A stretch of 64,000 nucleotides of DNA, taken from contig CAZBBC010000008.1 in assembly GCA_964489835.1 (NCBI GenBank), positions 10,992-74,991 on the forward strand. The letters are read 5' to 3'. The notes under the pieces were generated by a model. It was not told where the DNA came from. It saw only the letters and a list, made by a program, of their open reading frames with translations, and did not search any database. Shown here one piece after another: positions 27,662 to 37,283 of this stretch. A program made the position numbers and the translations under genes. Origin of the DNA: an uncultured Calditrichota bacterium (GTDB lineage: Bacteria; Calditrichota; Calditrichia; JAJRVZ01). Each line of letters starts with the position of its first letter. The first letter of the stretch is position 1.

Positions 27662-28681
27662 TCATTTAGCGTCAAAGCATACCACCTTAGCCAGCTGACT
27701 TTTTCCGGGCATTGATATCATTATTTTATTCTCGGTAAATTGAATCACCCGCCAATTATTCGGATCACTACTAAAACCGCCGGTCTCACATTGAACAATT
27801 TTATGCCCGGAAGGAAAATCTATTTGCTCGATAACATTTTTGTGACCATGACCAACAAAAATCGCTTTAATGGTAGTATTCTCGTTGAGTACCTTGAGCA
27901 AACCCTTCGAACAACTCTCTGCATCCGGCCAGTCTAAATCATTTGATTTAAAATAAATGCCATCACCGTTTTTATCGCCAACGGGTAGATAAATATGCAT
28001 ATAAATAACAATCGGTTGGTTACCGGCATCTTTGACCTGATGAACTAACCAGTCCATCTGGGATTTATCGATTTTTCTGGCATCATCATGCAGGCTATAG
28101 CCATTATCGAGGAAAATAAAACGATATTTCGTGGTTCCAACCCCGAAATCACGGGAATAGTAAGTACCATTCTGAAAGCAAGGGATGTTTCGTATCCAGG
28201 TCGCCCGGGCTTTGTTTGCATTTAGCTGAGAATGGGTATATATCTTGGTCGAATCATCCTCATCAACCCAATAACTATTAATATCATGATTTCCCAGAGT
28301 CATATATATTGGAACGGGACAAAAATTATATAGAGGATAAAATTGTTCGATTTGGGTTGCCAGAAAACCACCACCGGATGTTTTTGCTTCATAAAAATCA
28401 ACGATATCCCCTGTCAGGATGACAGCATCGGCCTCTTGACTATCAGGAATGGTGTTAAAAAATGTGATTAGTGGCTTCGTCCCGTCACCATAGTGTTGCC
28501 TGGCATCGATAAATTCGGGTTGATAATTGTTCAGGTTACAAATGTGTGTATCGGTGATATGTAATATTTTCAGAGTATCGGAGGCGTTCTGTCCAAATCC
28601 GGCTGAGAAACATAACAAATTTGATATCAGTACCCAATGCCAATAATATATTCCCTGTGATAAATATTTGTGACGCTCCAT
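27662..28681 (-). CDS. Calcineurin-like metallophosphoesterase, secreted.
   Basis: LHITDTH, GDIVD, GNHD, GHGH metallophosphatase motifs, with N-terminal signal. Confidence 0.8.
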   Translation of the reverse strand: MERHKYLSQGIYYWHWVLISNLLCFSAGFGQNASDTLKILHITDTHICNLNNYQPEFIDARQHYGDGTKPLITFFNTIPDSQEADAVILTGDIVDFYEAKTSGGGFLATQIEQFYPLYNFCPVPIYMTLGNHDINSYWVDEDDSTKIYTHSQLNANKARATWIRNIPCFQNGTYYSRDFGVGTTKYRFIFLDNGYSLHDDARKIDKSQMDWLVHQVKDAGNQPIVIYMHIYLPVGDKNGDGIYFKSNDLDWPDAESCSKGLLKVLNENTTIKAIFVGHGHKNVIEQIDFPSGHKIVQCETGGFSSDPNNWRVIQFTENKIMISMPGKSQLAKVVCFDAK

Positions 28682-28869
28682 TATATCTCCTTCCCGTAAT
28701 TAAATTCTAATAAATATTTTTTGCATTTCTGTTCTACATTTTTATTTATTTGAAACAGATTGATTGACTACCTAATGCTATCTTTGATTTTTATCTGTTA
28801 GAATGCGCGGTTCCGTTTGTTTTCCTTATTATTTAATCCTTTACTTTAAGTTTTCCCCATGTGTCAAGG

Positions 28870-29781
28870 TCAGGAAAGGAGCAGAATGCCTCGCGGACAT
28901 GGGTCGGGATTTTTTGAGCAATCGAGTCGCGGCAGCATTTGGCCATTTTGCGGCATTGAGCAGAAGTGAGAATACCAGATTCCTGACTTTCCTTGCCCTC
29001 TTTTTACTTCGTGAGGAAGATGACCGTCGCTGGACAGTTGGGTATCAATAAAGTACTTCCATCTATCGACACACTTTTGAAAAAGTTTTTCATCTTTCAA
29101 ATATACAGCACATGATGTCGAAAGGACCAAACCCCAATTGCCCCAATTATTCTTACTGTCCATCGTACTCATCGGAAGCGCATTGTATCGCAAGAATGCA
29201 GAGAACTGACGCTGTTGATCTTCCGGCCACACATCCTCGTCTCTAAGTAAATCCGCAGCGAATATTAATGAAGGAATATGATAACTAAAGGAAAGAGTAG
29301 AATCGTCCTCCCGACTCCAGGTTTTTATCTTTGTCGCCCAGGCATTAATGATTTTTACTGCCGCAAACGCATATTTTTCTTGCCCTGTTACTCTATAATA
29401 AAGTGACAAAGCGTAGGCAGCATTTGCATCATCCTGCAAACCATTCTTTGCTTTCCTATGCCCATCAGCATCATTGTAGTATCCGGGCACATACCATTTA
29501 TCCGGTACTACAGGAACACGATCGAGGTTGTTATCTGCCTCCATTTGGAGTGATTGAAATGCTGTATATTTAAACTTTTTTCCCTCAATAGCCTCCTTCA
29601 ATTCCTTGATTGTAGAATCGGATATGAAGATACAATGGTAAGAGTCAGTCTTAGATACGGTTCCATGCACATCAGAATGTGAAAATAAAGCAAATAGAAC
29701 AATGTGAATAACAACAAATGCATATATTCTCGGTGTAAACCTCATAAACATTTCCTTTTTTAAGCTATTTCCATGGTTCAA
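28870..29781 (-). CDS. Secreted polysaccharide-lyase-like protein (alginate-lyase superfamily?). The C-terminus is possibly disrupted.
   Basis: Signal peptide at internal Met (MRFTPRIYAFVVIHIVLFALFS). alpha/alpha-toroid-like helices with NNWGNWGLV and WYSHF. The last 30 aa (PRLDCSKNPDPCPRGILLLS) look non-native, suggesting a possible frameshift. Confidence 0.35.
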   Translation of the reverse strand: MNHGNSLKKEMFMRFTPRIYAFVVIHIVLFALFSHSDVHGTVSKTDSYHCIFISDSTIKELKEAIEGKKFKYTAFQSLQMEADNNLDRVPVVPDKWYVPGYYNDADGHRKAKNGLQDDANAAYALSLYYRVTGQEKYAFAAVKIINAWATKIKTWSREDDSTLSFSYHIPSLIFAADLLRDEDVWPEDQQRQFSAFLRYNALPMSTMDSKNNWGNWGLVLSTSCAVYLKDEKLFQKCVDRWKYFIDTQLSSDGHLPHEVKRGQGKSGIWYSHFCSMPQNGQMLPRLDCSKNPDPCPRGILLLS

Positions 29782-30326
29782 TGGCTCAATTGGCAGCCGA
29801 TGAATTTAAATCCCCGTCGAGAATACATTTACCACTCAACCGTCATAGAATCCAATCGTAACACCGTATAAAATATTTTTTTACCAGTTGTCCAGAGCCA
29901 TTCTCTCATTTTCCACAGTGATTGTTTGCGTTGAAAAGACTTCTTCAGGATTCTTCAGTACAAAATCAAGTTGTAAGAGAGCGTATAGCAGGTAAATGCC
30001 TCTTTCCAATCCGATTTAATTAGAGATCTTCGATTTTCGATTGCAAATATGCACGTGATTTATATTTTTATATAGGTAGTGGCCTTGCTTATAATATTTC
30101 GTCCCTACCGGGACTGTTGAATATTGTATTATAAGATTGCAATAAATATTTTGTCTCTAACGGGACAGATATATCTTGTAATTTACCTCGAATATTCCTT
30201 ATGTTTAACGACAGGGATGCGTTACCGGCCACAAAACTTTGAGAACCTATGGACTTTATATAAAATCACATGCAAGGTTGCTGGGTCTACTGGCAAAATA
30301 TTAAGATTTGATCAGGTATATAATAT

Positions 30327-30360
30327 AAAAAAAAAGGGATGCGTAAGCATCCCTTTTTAT
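30327..30360. terminator. Rho-independent terminator (bidirectional A-run / hairpin / T-run) downstream of the FadL-like gene.
   Basis: aaaaaaaaa GGGATGC gtaa GCATCCC ttttt. Confidence 0.65.
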
Positions 30361-30374
30361 TGGTTTTACAAATA

Positions 30375-31592
30375 TTATTTACCGAAATGGATTACACCAC
30401 CAACGGTTACTCTGAAATCATTGACTGTATAGTCCACATCGGTACCAGCCACTTGAGCTCCGACATAACTGCCGAAAACATACTCGAAAGATCCATCCAG
30501 GATGATATTACCCATAATAATTCCCAAACCGGCGGTCACCGCATTAAAAGAAATCTGATCATCATTTTCATCGATACCTGGAGTTGGCAGTGTATAAAAT
30601 CCAACACGGAGCGGTAAGACATTATTACCTGCCTCAGCAAGATATTCCAGACCGACATGGATGGAATTAGCATTCTCAGCGTCCTCTAGTTTTTCTGTAA
30701 AAACTTCTCCATCGACTTCATATTCCCATTCGGCATTGGACCAGGGACGGCTTCTGTAATCGGCGGCAATGGTTAAATTATCACTGGCCCGTAAAGCCAG
30801 ACCGATACTGAAGGCAAAAGGAACATTTAGCTTATATTCAACATCATCAAAATCTTCCATCTTTGAATTTATCGTTACTGAATAAGGTAAGTTTAAATTG
30901 GCCCCGATCTGGACTGTCGGTGATGGTTTGACCAGTAAACCGATGTCAAATCCCACGCCGGAATATTTTTCCGAAGATTCGTCCTTATCATCACCGATAA
31001 AACCGCTGGTTTCTGATAAATAATCTGTGCTTCCGATTAAAATATTTGCTGCGGCACCAACGGAGATCATCTCATTTAACTGAATACCAAGGGCGGGAGA
31101 GATGGCGTCAACACCGCCTGTATTTTCCACCTTTGTTGTCGCTTCAAAACCCATGGCCTTGAAGGTCATTTCTACATTTTTTGTAAAATCAAACATACGG
31201 CGATAGGCGACACCACCGACGATGTTGATATTGCCGGCACTAAACGGAATCGCCAGACTGGCGAAATTTAACTGAAAAGTCGATCCTGTTTCCACGCTCA
31301 CATCGACATTCTGATAATCCGGATCTAGTGACCCAAAGCCGAAGCGTCCGATCACACTGGCTTCCGGGGAATATAACTGGGTTAAACCGGCCGCATTCCA
31401 GGAAATAGCGGTGGCATCATCGGCCAAACCGGTAAAGGCATTGCCCATACCGGCAGCACGTGCCCCATTACCATTCAGGACATATTGTTGTTCATCCTGT
31501 CCCATTATAACCTGACTTAAGACAAATACTAAAACCACCATGAAAAATAAAGATAAAAATTTCATTCGTTCCTCCCGTTGTACATTTAACAT
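30375..31592 (-). CDS. FadL/TodX/PorV-like outer-membrane beta-barrel protein.
   Basis: Signal peptide, then NGNGARAAGMGNAFTGLADDATAISWNAAGL, the hatch-domain signature of the FadL/Toluene_X/PorV superfamily. Alternating beta-strand pattern. C-terminal aromatic (HFGK). Confidence 0.65.
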   Translation of the reverse strand: MLNVQREERMKFLSLFFMVVLVFVLSQVIMGQDEQQYVLNGNGARAAGMGNAFTGLADDATAISWNAAGLTQLYSPEASVIGRFGFGSLDPDYQNVDVSVETGSTFQLNFASLAIPFSAGNINIVGGVAYRRMFDFTKNVEMTFKAMGFEATTKVENTGGVDAISPALGIQLNEMISVGAAANILIGSTDYLSETSGFIGDDKDESSEKYSGVGFDIGLLVKPSPTVQIGANLNLPYSVTINSKMEDFDDVEYKLNVPFAFSIGLALRASDNLTIAADYRSRPWSNAEWEYEVDGEVFTEKLEDAENANSIHVGLEYLAEAGNNVLPLRVGFYTLPTPGIDENDDQISFNAVTAGLGIIMGNIILDGSFEYVFGSYVGAQVAGTDVDYTVNDFRVTVGGVIHFGK

Positions 31593-31596
31593 TTAG

Positions 31597-32757
31597 TTAT
31601 TTGGTTAAAAATTTATCTCCGATTGATAAAATCCCTCCTTCAGAAGTTAGTTGTTTAGAAACACTGTATTTATCAAAAGCATCCGTTACCAGGACTTCTC
31701 CCAGCACGGTTGTCTCTTTTCCTAAAACTTCACCGGTTATCGGATGCTTGATGGGTGCACCCTCTTTATAAATGACACATTTCATTCCCTTTTTTAACCC
31801 GCCGTTTCGTCCGACATCCAGGATAAGTTGTTGTCCGTCAATTTTTATGATATATCCTTCGACCAGTGGTAGCGACTCGGTAATTTTCCGGGCCAGATTT
31901 TCAATCGCATTCTTTACACTCTGAGCATCGGAGCTGCTGGTGTAGGCATCGTGCGCGACAATAATCGCGGCTGATTCCGTATCAATAACCCGGGCATCTA
32001 TGCTGAGTGCTCCTGAAGCAGTAGCGGCGACACTGCCGATCACGATGGCGTCCACTCCGATACCCTTACCGATCTCTGCGGCCGTAGCCGCATCCAGTAC
32101 GCCCGTCTGGCCCAGTGACTGCTCGGCAATCACCTGGTCCAAAGCCGCCCTCTCCATTACCTTAAACCTATCCTGGTTCCACATCACGGTGATCATTTTA
32201 TCCAGAATAATTTCTCCTAAATCCTTGCTGGCCCCTTTGTTTTCAAACGGTAATACAGCCACTCCCATACGTTCACCGACCAGTTTGATGGTCTGTTTCC
32301 CGACAATCATATCCGTTTCCCTCGTCGATGGGACCATGGGTTTTACATCGGTTTTTTTCAGGGCCTCGGTGGGCTTTTTGGGTGTGGGTGGCGGGACGCC
32401 TCCGCCGATTTGACGAAGATACTCATTGGCACGCTCTGATGGCTCGTCCTGTAAAGATTTTTTCAGTTCCCTTTGTGCACCGGCGGTATCACCAAGATTG
32501 TAAAGGCATATGCCCAGTTCACGGTGCGGAAAATATTCAATAAAATGTAACCCATAGGTTCGCACTTTCTGCTTATCCGTGGGATTCCCTTTGATCGCAT
32601 CTTTAAGTAAAGTGGCAGCCTTCTGGTAATCACCCTTTTCCATTGCTTTTAATCCTTCATCATATACTTTAAACCACTCGCCTCCTGCCTGGAGTTGGGA
32701 AACAAATAAAAAACCCATGACAAGAATTAAAATAACCGGTAACCATTTATGGTTCAT
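31597..32757 (-). CDS. Periplasmic TPR protein fused to a CsgG/LpoB/TolB-N-like alpha/beta domain and a C-terminal beta domain.
   Basis: Signal peptide (cleavage after QLQA). TPR (YDEGLKAMEKGDYQKAATLLKDAIKGNP). Pro-rich linker. GVAVLPFENKGASKDLGEIILDKMITVMWNQDRFKVMERAALDQVIAEQSL...AAEIGKGIGVDAIVIGSV matches the CsgG/LpoB-type fold signature. 4-nt gap to the downstream FadL-like gene. Confidence 0.55.
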   Translation of the reverse strand: MNHKWLPVILILVMGFLFVSQLQAGGEWFKVYDEGLKAMEKGDYQKAATLLKDAIKGNPTDKQKVRTYGLHFIEYFPHRELGICLYNLGDTAGAQRELKKSLQDEPSERANEYLRQIGGGVPPPTPKKPTEALKKTDVKPMVPSTRETDMIVGKQTIKLVGERMGVAVLPFENKGASKDLGEIILDKMITVMWNQDRFKVMERAALDQVIAEQSLGQTGVLDAATAAEIGKGIGVDAIVIGSVAATASGALSIDARVIDTESAAIIVAHDAYTSSSDAQSVKNAIENLARKITESLPLVEGYIIKIDGQQLILDVGRNGGLKKGMKCVIYKEGAPIKHPITGEVLGKETTVLGEVLVTDAFDKYSVSKQLTSEGGILSIGDKFLTK

Positions 32758-33124
32758 TTTTTTACTCCAATAAATTATACTATGTAATTCTAATTATTTT
32801 AAACTTAAAGTCTTATCTCTTTTTTTCTGTATTATTACCACAAAAAACTTGATTATTTAAGCACCCTTTCGATGTCATTCAGTCCGCCGGGAGACGGATC
32901 CGCTTACTGGCCTGAAAGGAATCTTTCAAATTGTTGGCTAAATCCAACAAGAAAAAAGATCCTTACAGGATGACAAAATTAATTATTTTTTGTCTGCAGT
33001 TTTATGCTATTATAGCCAAAAACTTCGTTATTTTTTAAAAAATTTTTTTATTTTAGCAAAATTTTTGCTACTTGGATTATTCATTTCTCGCAGCGGCGCA
33101 GAGACACGACTATTTATAAATAAT

Positions 33125-33240
33125 TATTTTAGTTTTAATCCGTGTTAATTCGTGTCAGTCTTCGCCTGATCCGGCGTAGACGGATAATCCGTGGACAAAT
33201 TCTTTTTTTGATTGCAGCCAACGGCTGCGGTATGAATAAT
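33125..33240. repeat. Family A miniature intergenic repeat element (forward orientation).
   Basis: ttttaatccgtgttaattcgtgtcagtcttcgcctgatccggcgtagacggataatccgtggacaaattctttttttgattgcagccaacggctgcggtatgaata is near-identical to 61762-61868, and inverted to 54508-54615. Confidence 0.85.
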
Positions 33241-33245
33241 TAAGT

Positions 33246-33779
33246 TTAATTATAACAAATCAATGATAATATATCGTATTCGTTTATCAACTCCCGGCCT
33301 TTCAGAAAGCCCAATTCGATCAGGAATAAAATCGCTTCAACTTTCGCCCCTGATCTTTCGATCAAATGACAGGATGCCCGGGCAGTACCGCCGGTTGCCA
33401 GCAGATCATCAACGAGAAGCACTCTTGCACCGTGTTCGATGGCATCGGCGTGGATCTCGACGCTGTCCGTCCCATACTCCAGTGAATATTCTTCACGGAG
33501 AATTTTAGCCGGGAGTTTACCGGGTTTTCTGACAGGAACAAAACTTTTATTCAATTTATAAGCCAAAGCAGATCCAAAAATAAATCCTCTTGATTCAATT
33601 GCCGCGACGATATCAAACGATCTGTTTTTTATCAAATCATGTAACTGATCGATTGATTGAGCGAACAGATCAGCATCCTTTAAAAGCGTTGTGATATCTT
33701 TAAAGATGATACCCTTCTTGGGAAAATCCGGCACATCACGGATGGATGCTTTTAGTCTTACTATTTTATCTTCGTTCAT
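33246..33779 (-). CDS. apt: Adenine phosphoribosyltransferase.
   Basis: PDFPKKGIIFKDIT and PRPP-binding VLLVDDLLATGGTARA. Confidence 0.9.
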   Translation of the reverse strand: MNEDKIVRLKASIRDVPDFPKKGIIFKDITTLLKDADLFAQSIDQLHDLIKNRSFDIVAAIESRGFIFGSALAYKLNKSFVPVRKPGKLPAKILREEYSLEYGTDSVEIHADAIEHGARVLLVDDLLATGGTARASCHLIERSGAKVEAILFLIELGFLKGRELINEYDILSLICYN

Positions 33780-33791
33780 ATTTTGTGTTTT

Positions 33792-34067
33792 TTAATACTC
33801 GACAGAAAATTTTTGATATTTAGCTGTATATGGTTCAAAAGTGAAATCAATATTATCAACCAAAGAAAAACCCGGACCCTGTTCCAATATTGTCTTATAG
33901 TGTTCTATCACTTCTTTTTCGCCTTCAATACGCACTTCAACACTTCCGTCCGCAAGATTTTTAACATATCCCTTCAAACCATAGTCATTGGCGTGGCGCA
34001 TGGCGAAATAGCGAAAACCAACACCCTGAACTCTCCCCACAACCCGGATATGCGCACCTGTCATCAT
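33792..34067 (-). CDS. acyP: Acylphosphatase.
   Basis: VVGRVQGVGFRYF and GYVKNLADGSVEV, the acylphosphatase signatures. 91 aa. Confidence 0.85.
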   Translation of the reverse strand: MMTGAHIRVVGRVQGVGFRYFAMRHANDYGLKGYVKNLADGSVEVRIEGEKEVIEHYKTILEQGPGFSLVDNIDFTFEPYTAKYQKFSVEY

Positions 34068-34528
34068 CGCTTTTGCAGAAATCCGGATATTTTTGTCACT
34101 GCCTCCTGTGGCGTTGACACAGAAAATATTCTATCAGAAACATCCCAGGTATTCAATCCCACGACCGGTTTCTGCAATTGCAGCGCAAATGCTAATTCGG
34201 ATAGTGTACCAAAACCACCATTTACGGCAATTACGCCGGCGGCGGAGCGAATAATGATCAGATTTCTGCTAATCCCCAGACCGGTTGGTATCACGGTATC
34301 CACATAAGGATTGGCATCCTGCGGATCGTCACCGGGCAGAATACCAATCGTTCGACCACCATAATTTTTTGCTCCTTTGCAGGTCGCTTCCATGACACCG
34401 CCCAGGCCACCACAAATCACTATAAAACCGTTTTTTGCCAGCAGGGTCCCCAATTCTTCGCATAGCCGGTACATCTCTTTATCACAGTCTCTGGCGCCAA
34501 TAACGGCAATTGTTTTACTATAGCTCAA
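34064..34528 (-). CDS. LOG-family / TIGR00725 Rossmann-fold nucleotide-binding protein.
   Basis: ICGGLGGVMEA ... NGGFGTLSE matches the LOG (PGGxGTxxE) pattern. 154 aa. Confidence 0.7.
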   Translation of the reverse strand: MSYSKTIAVIGARDCDKEMYRLCEELGTLLAKNGFIVICGGLGGVMEATCKGAKNYGGRTIGILPGDDPQDANPYVDTVIPTGLGISRNLIIIRSAAGVIAVNGGFGTLSELAFALQLQKPVVGLNTWDVSDRIFSVSTPQEAVTKISGFLQKR

Positions 34529-34534
34529 TTTTAT

Positions 34535-34612
34535 ACTTCGTTTCTTTGTTCACGTGCTTCGTGGATTATTTTTTTTGTTTGCAGCATCGCTGCTGTATGA
34601 ATAGAACAGGTT
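34535..34612. repeat. Partial family A repeat (hairpin GCAGCATCGCTGC module plus CGTG dyad).
   Basis: ttcacgtgcttcgtggattattttttttgtttgcagcatcgctgctgtatgaataga matches the right end of the 61801-61870 and 33181-33240 copies. Confidence 0.7.
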
Positions 34613-34620
34613 ACTCTGCA

Positions 34621-35928
34621 TTAGGGATAAATACGCTGCATCAATCTGGGAAACGGAATCGCTTCTCGCAGGTGCTTAATACCGCATATCCAGGCGACAG
34701 TTCGTTCGATGCCTAATCCAAATCCGGAATGGGGTACAGAACCGTATTTCCGAAGGTCCAGGTACCACTGAAAGGCTTCCTCCGGCAACTGGTGTTCGCG
34801 GATACGTTCCAGTAATAGATCATGATCATCTTCTCTCTGTGACCCGCCGATAATTTCACCATAGCCTTCCGGAGCCAGTACATCCATCGCCAAAGCCTGA
34901 TCCTTGATTTCCGGATCTCGCTTCATATAAAAAGCTTTAATCGCCGCCGGATAATGATGGACGATCACCGGACGGTCATATTTCTCTGAGATAACCGTCT
35001 CATCACTTGCCCCAAAATCATCACCGTAAGCAAAATCTACACCCGCCGCTTTTAAAATTTTCACTGCGTCGTCATAATGTAAACGCGGAAACGGGGTTTT
35101 AATTTTCTCAAGTCGGCTGATATCTCTTTCTAGTATATCCAGTTCTTTTTTTCTATTTTTCAATACACTTTTAACAATATGTTCAAGGAAATCTTCAGCA
35201 AGACACATATCATCTGCCAGATCAAAAAAAGCAACTTCCGGCTCGATCATCCAGAATTCCGTTAAATGTCGTCTGGTTTTTGATTTTTCCGCTCTGAAGG
35301 TGGGACCAAAACAATAGATTTTTCCAAAAGCCATCGCTGCTGCTTCCCCGTAGAGCTGCCCGGATTGGGTAAGGAAAGCATTTCTGCCAAAATAATCGGT
35401 TGAGAACAGTGTGGTCGTTCCCTCTGCAGCATTTGGCGTGAAAATAGGTGTATCGATCAGAACAAAATCGCGATCATCGAAAAATTCTCTCGCGGCACGA
35501 ATGATCTCATGACGGATGCGCATGATAGCGTGTGGTCGTGAAGAGCGCAACCAAAGATGTCGATGATCCATTAAAAAATCAACACCATGCTCTTTCTTAC
35601 TGATCGGATAGTCTTTGGATAGTTGGATCATTTCAATCGCTCGGACCTGAATCTCATATCCGAGCGGTGAGCGCTTATCCTGATTGACGATACCGGTGAC
35701 ACGGCAGGAACTTTCCTGCAGCAAATCGTCAGCAGCGGTAAATGATTCTTCTGAAACATCTCCTTTAAAAACAACACATTGTATCGTTTCCGTACCGTCC
35801 CTAACCAGCAAAAATCTCAACTTGCCACTGGATCGCTTGTTATAAACCCATCCCTTAATTGTGACTTCCTTATGATCATAGTCGGCCACATCTTTTATAT
35901 AGATATTGATTGCCATAAGCGGTAACAA
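34621..35928 (-). CDS. asnS: Asparagine--tRNA ligase.
   Basis: Class II aaRS motifs [25 protein letters not shown] and [16 protein letters not shown]-terminal OB fold. 435 aa length fits AsnS rather than AspS. Confidence 0.85.
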   Translation of the reverse strand: MLPLMAINIYIKDVADYDHKEVTIKGWVYNKRSSGKLRFLLVRDGTETIQCVVFKGDVSEESFTAADDLLQESSCRVTGIVNQDKRSPLGYEIQVRAIEMIQLSKDYPISKKEHGVDFLMDHRHLWLRSSRPHAIMRIRHEIIRAAREFFDDRDFVLIDTPIFTPNAAEGTTTLFSTDYFGRNAFLTQSGQLYGEAAAMAFGKIYCFGPTFRAEKSKTRRHLTEFWMIEPEVAFFDLADDMCLAEDFLEHIVKSVLKNRKKELDILERDISRLEKIKTPFPRLHYDDAVKILKAAGVDFAYGDDFGASDETVISEKYDRPVIVHHYPAAIKAFYMKRDPEIKDQALAMDVLAPEGYGEIIGGSQREDDHDLLLERIREHQLPEEAFQWYLDLRKYGSVPHSGFGLGIERTVAWICGIKHLREAIPFPRLMQRIYP

Positions 35929-36267
35929 AACCCTATGTTATAATATTTATCCGGAAACCTTGCAATTTATATATAACTCTATAATCATTCAACCTTATAT
36001 CAGAAAAAGTAAGCGGTAAAATATAAGTGACTAGAGTTAAAAGTGAACAAAAGTGACTAAAGTGTGTCATTCACCTCTCGCGGAGACGCTGAGACGCAAG
36101 GATTTGAATTTAAAGGATTTATGTCAGAACACCTTAACTATTTATTATATTGCTTTCCCGACATGTCGGGACTCGCAATGACGCTTCCATGATTGTCATT
36201 TCGAGGAGTGAAGAATAAACGACCATGAAATCTTTTGTATTTTTTCTTTTGTATTTTGTATTATTTC

Positions 36268-37278
36268 TTATCCCATTTTCCCTTTAATAAATTCTTCAAC
36301 CATCGTTACATCGTATTCACTCCCGATGAATAAAGGCACTCGTTGGTGAATATCTTCCGGAACCATTGGAAGAATATCGCTAGTTCCATTGGTCGCCCTG
36401 CCACCCGCCTGTTCAAGAATAAAGGCCATCGGATTTGCTTCATAGGTAAGACGTAATTTACCTTCCGGAGATCTGGAACTGGCCGGATAAAGAAAAATTC
36501 CACCATAAAGTAGATTGCGGTGTATGTCTGCCACCATTGATCCGATATAACGGGAATTTAATGGACGGTTTGACTTCTTATCGGTCGTTTTTACATATCG
36601 TATATAGCTCTTAATACTCTCATCCCAATAATCGAAATTACTTTCATTCACACTATAAATATTTGCTTTGGATGGAATTTTAATATTGGGATGGGAAAGG
36701 ACAAATTCCCCATAGCTGGGATCCAGCGTAAAACCATGGACACCATTTCCTGTTGTATATACGAGCATGGTGCTCGATCCATAGATTACATAACCGGCGC
36801 ATATTTGCGCATCTCCCGGCTGCAGGCAATCTTCCACCTGTCCGGGTGTACCATGATCAGTGATTCTTTTATAAATTGAAAAAATTGTGCCAACACTAAC
36901 ATTTGCATCGATATTTGACGAACCATCCAGAGGGTCAAATAAACAGACATACTTTCCAATGGGATATTTTTCAGGGATCGGTATTATATTTTCCTCTTCT
37001 TCGGACACCATGCAACACAGGTTCCCTCCATGATCAAGGGCTTTTACCAGCGTTTCGTGTGCGAAAACGTCAAGTTTCTGAACAACCTCCCCCTGAACAT
37101 TAATCATACCCATTTCACCTAAAACATCAAGGAGTCCTGCTTTATTGGTATGATAAGAAATTCTTTTAGCGGCAAAACAAATATCATTCATCAGATTTGT
37201 GAATTCACCGGTAGCTTCCGGGTATAAATGCTGTTGGTTGATAATATGCCTGGTTAATGTGATGATTTTTCCTGACAT
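36268..37278 (-). CDS. fbp: Fructose-1,6-bisphosphatase class 1.
   Basis: DPLDGSSNIDANVSVGTIFSIY metal-binding signature and GKLRLTYEANPMAFILEQAGG. Confidence 0.9.
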   Translation of the reverse strand: MSGKIITLTRHIINQQHLYPEATGEFTNLMNDICFAAKRISYHTNKAGLLDVLGEMGMINVQGEVVQKLDVFAHETLVKALDHGGNLCCMVSEEEENIIPIPEKYPIGKYVCLFDPLDGSSNIDANVSVGTIFSIYKRITDHGTPGQVEDCLQPGDAQICAGYVIYGSSTMLVYTTGNGVHGFTLDPSYGEFVLSHPNIKIPSKANIYSVNESNFDYWDESIKSYIRYVKTTDKKSNRPLNSRYIGSMVADIHRNLLYGGIFLYPASSRSPEGKLRLTYEANPMAFILEQAGGRATNGTSDILPMVPEDIHQRVPLFIGSEYDVTMVEEFIKGKMG

Positions 37279-37283
37279 AATGC

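Noticed and set aside
30124-30617. Plus-strand ORFs of 102 and 92 aa in and next to the 29.8-30.4 kb spacer.
   Set aside because: They overlap the terminator hairpin and the 3-prime end of the FadL-like gene in antisense. They have no RBS and the hairpin words (gtccctaccgggac, ctgtctctaacgggacag) indicate structured non-coding DNA.
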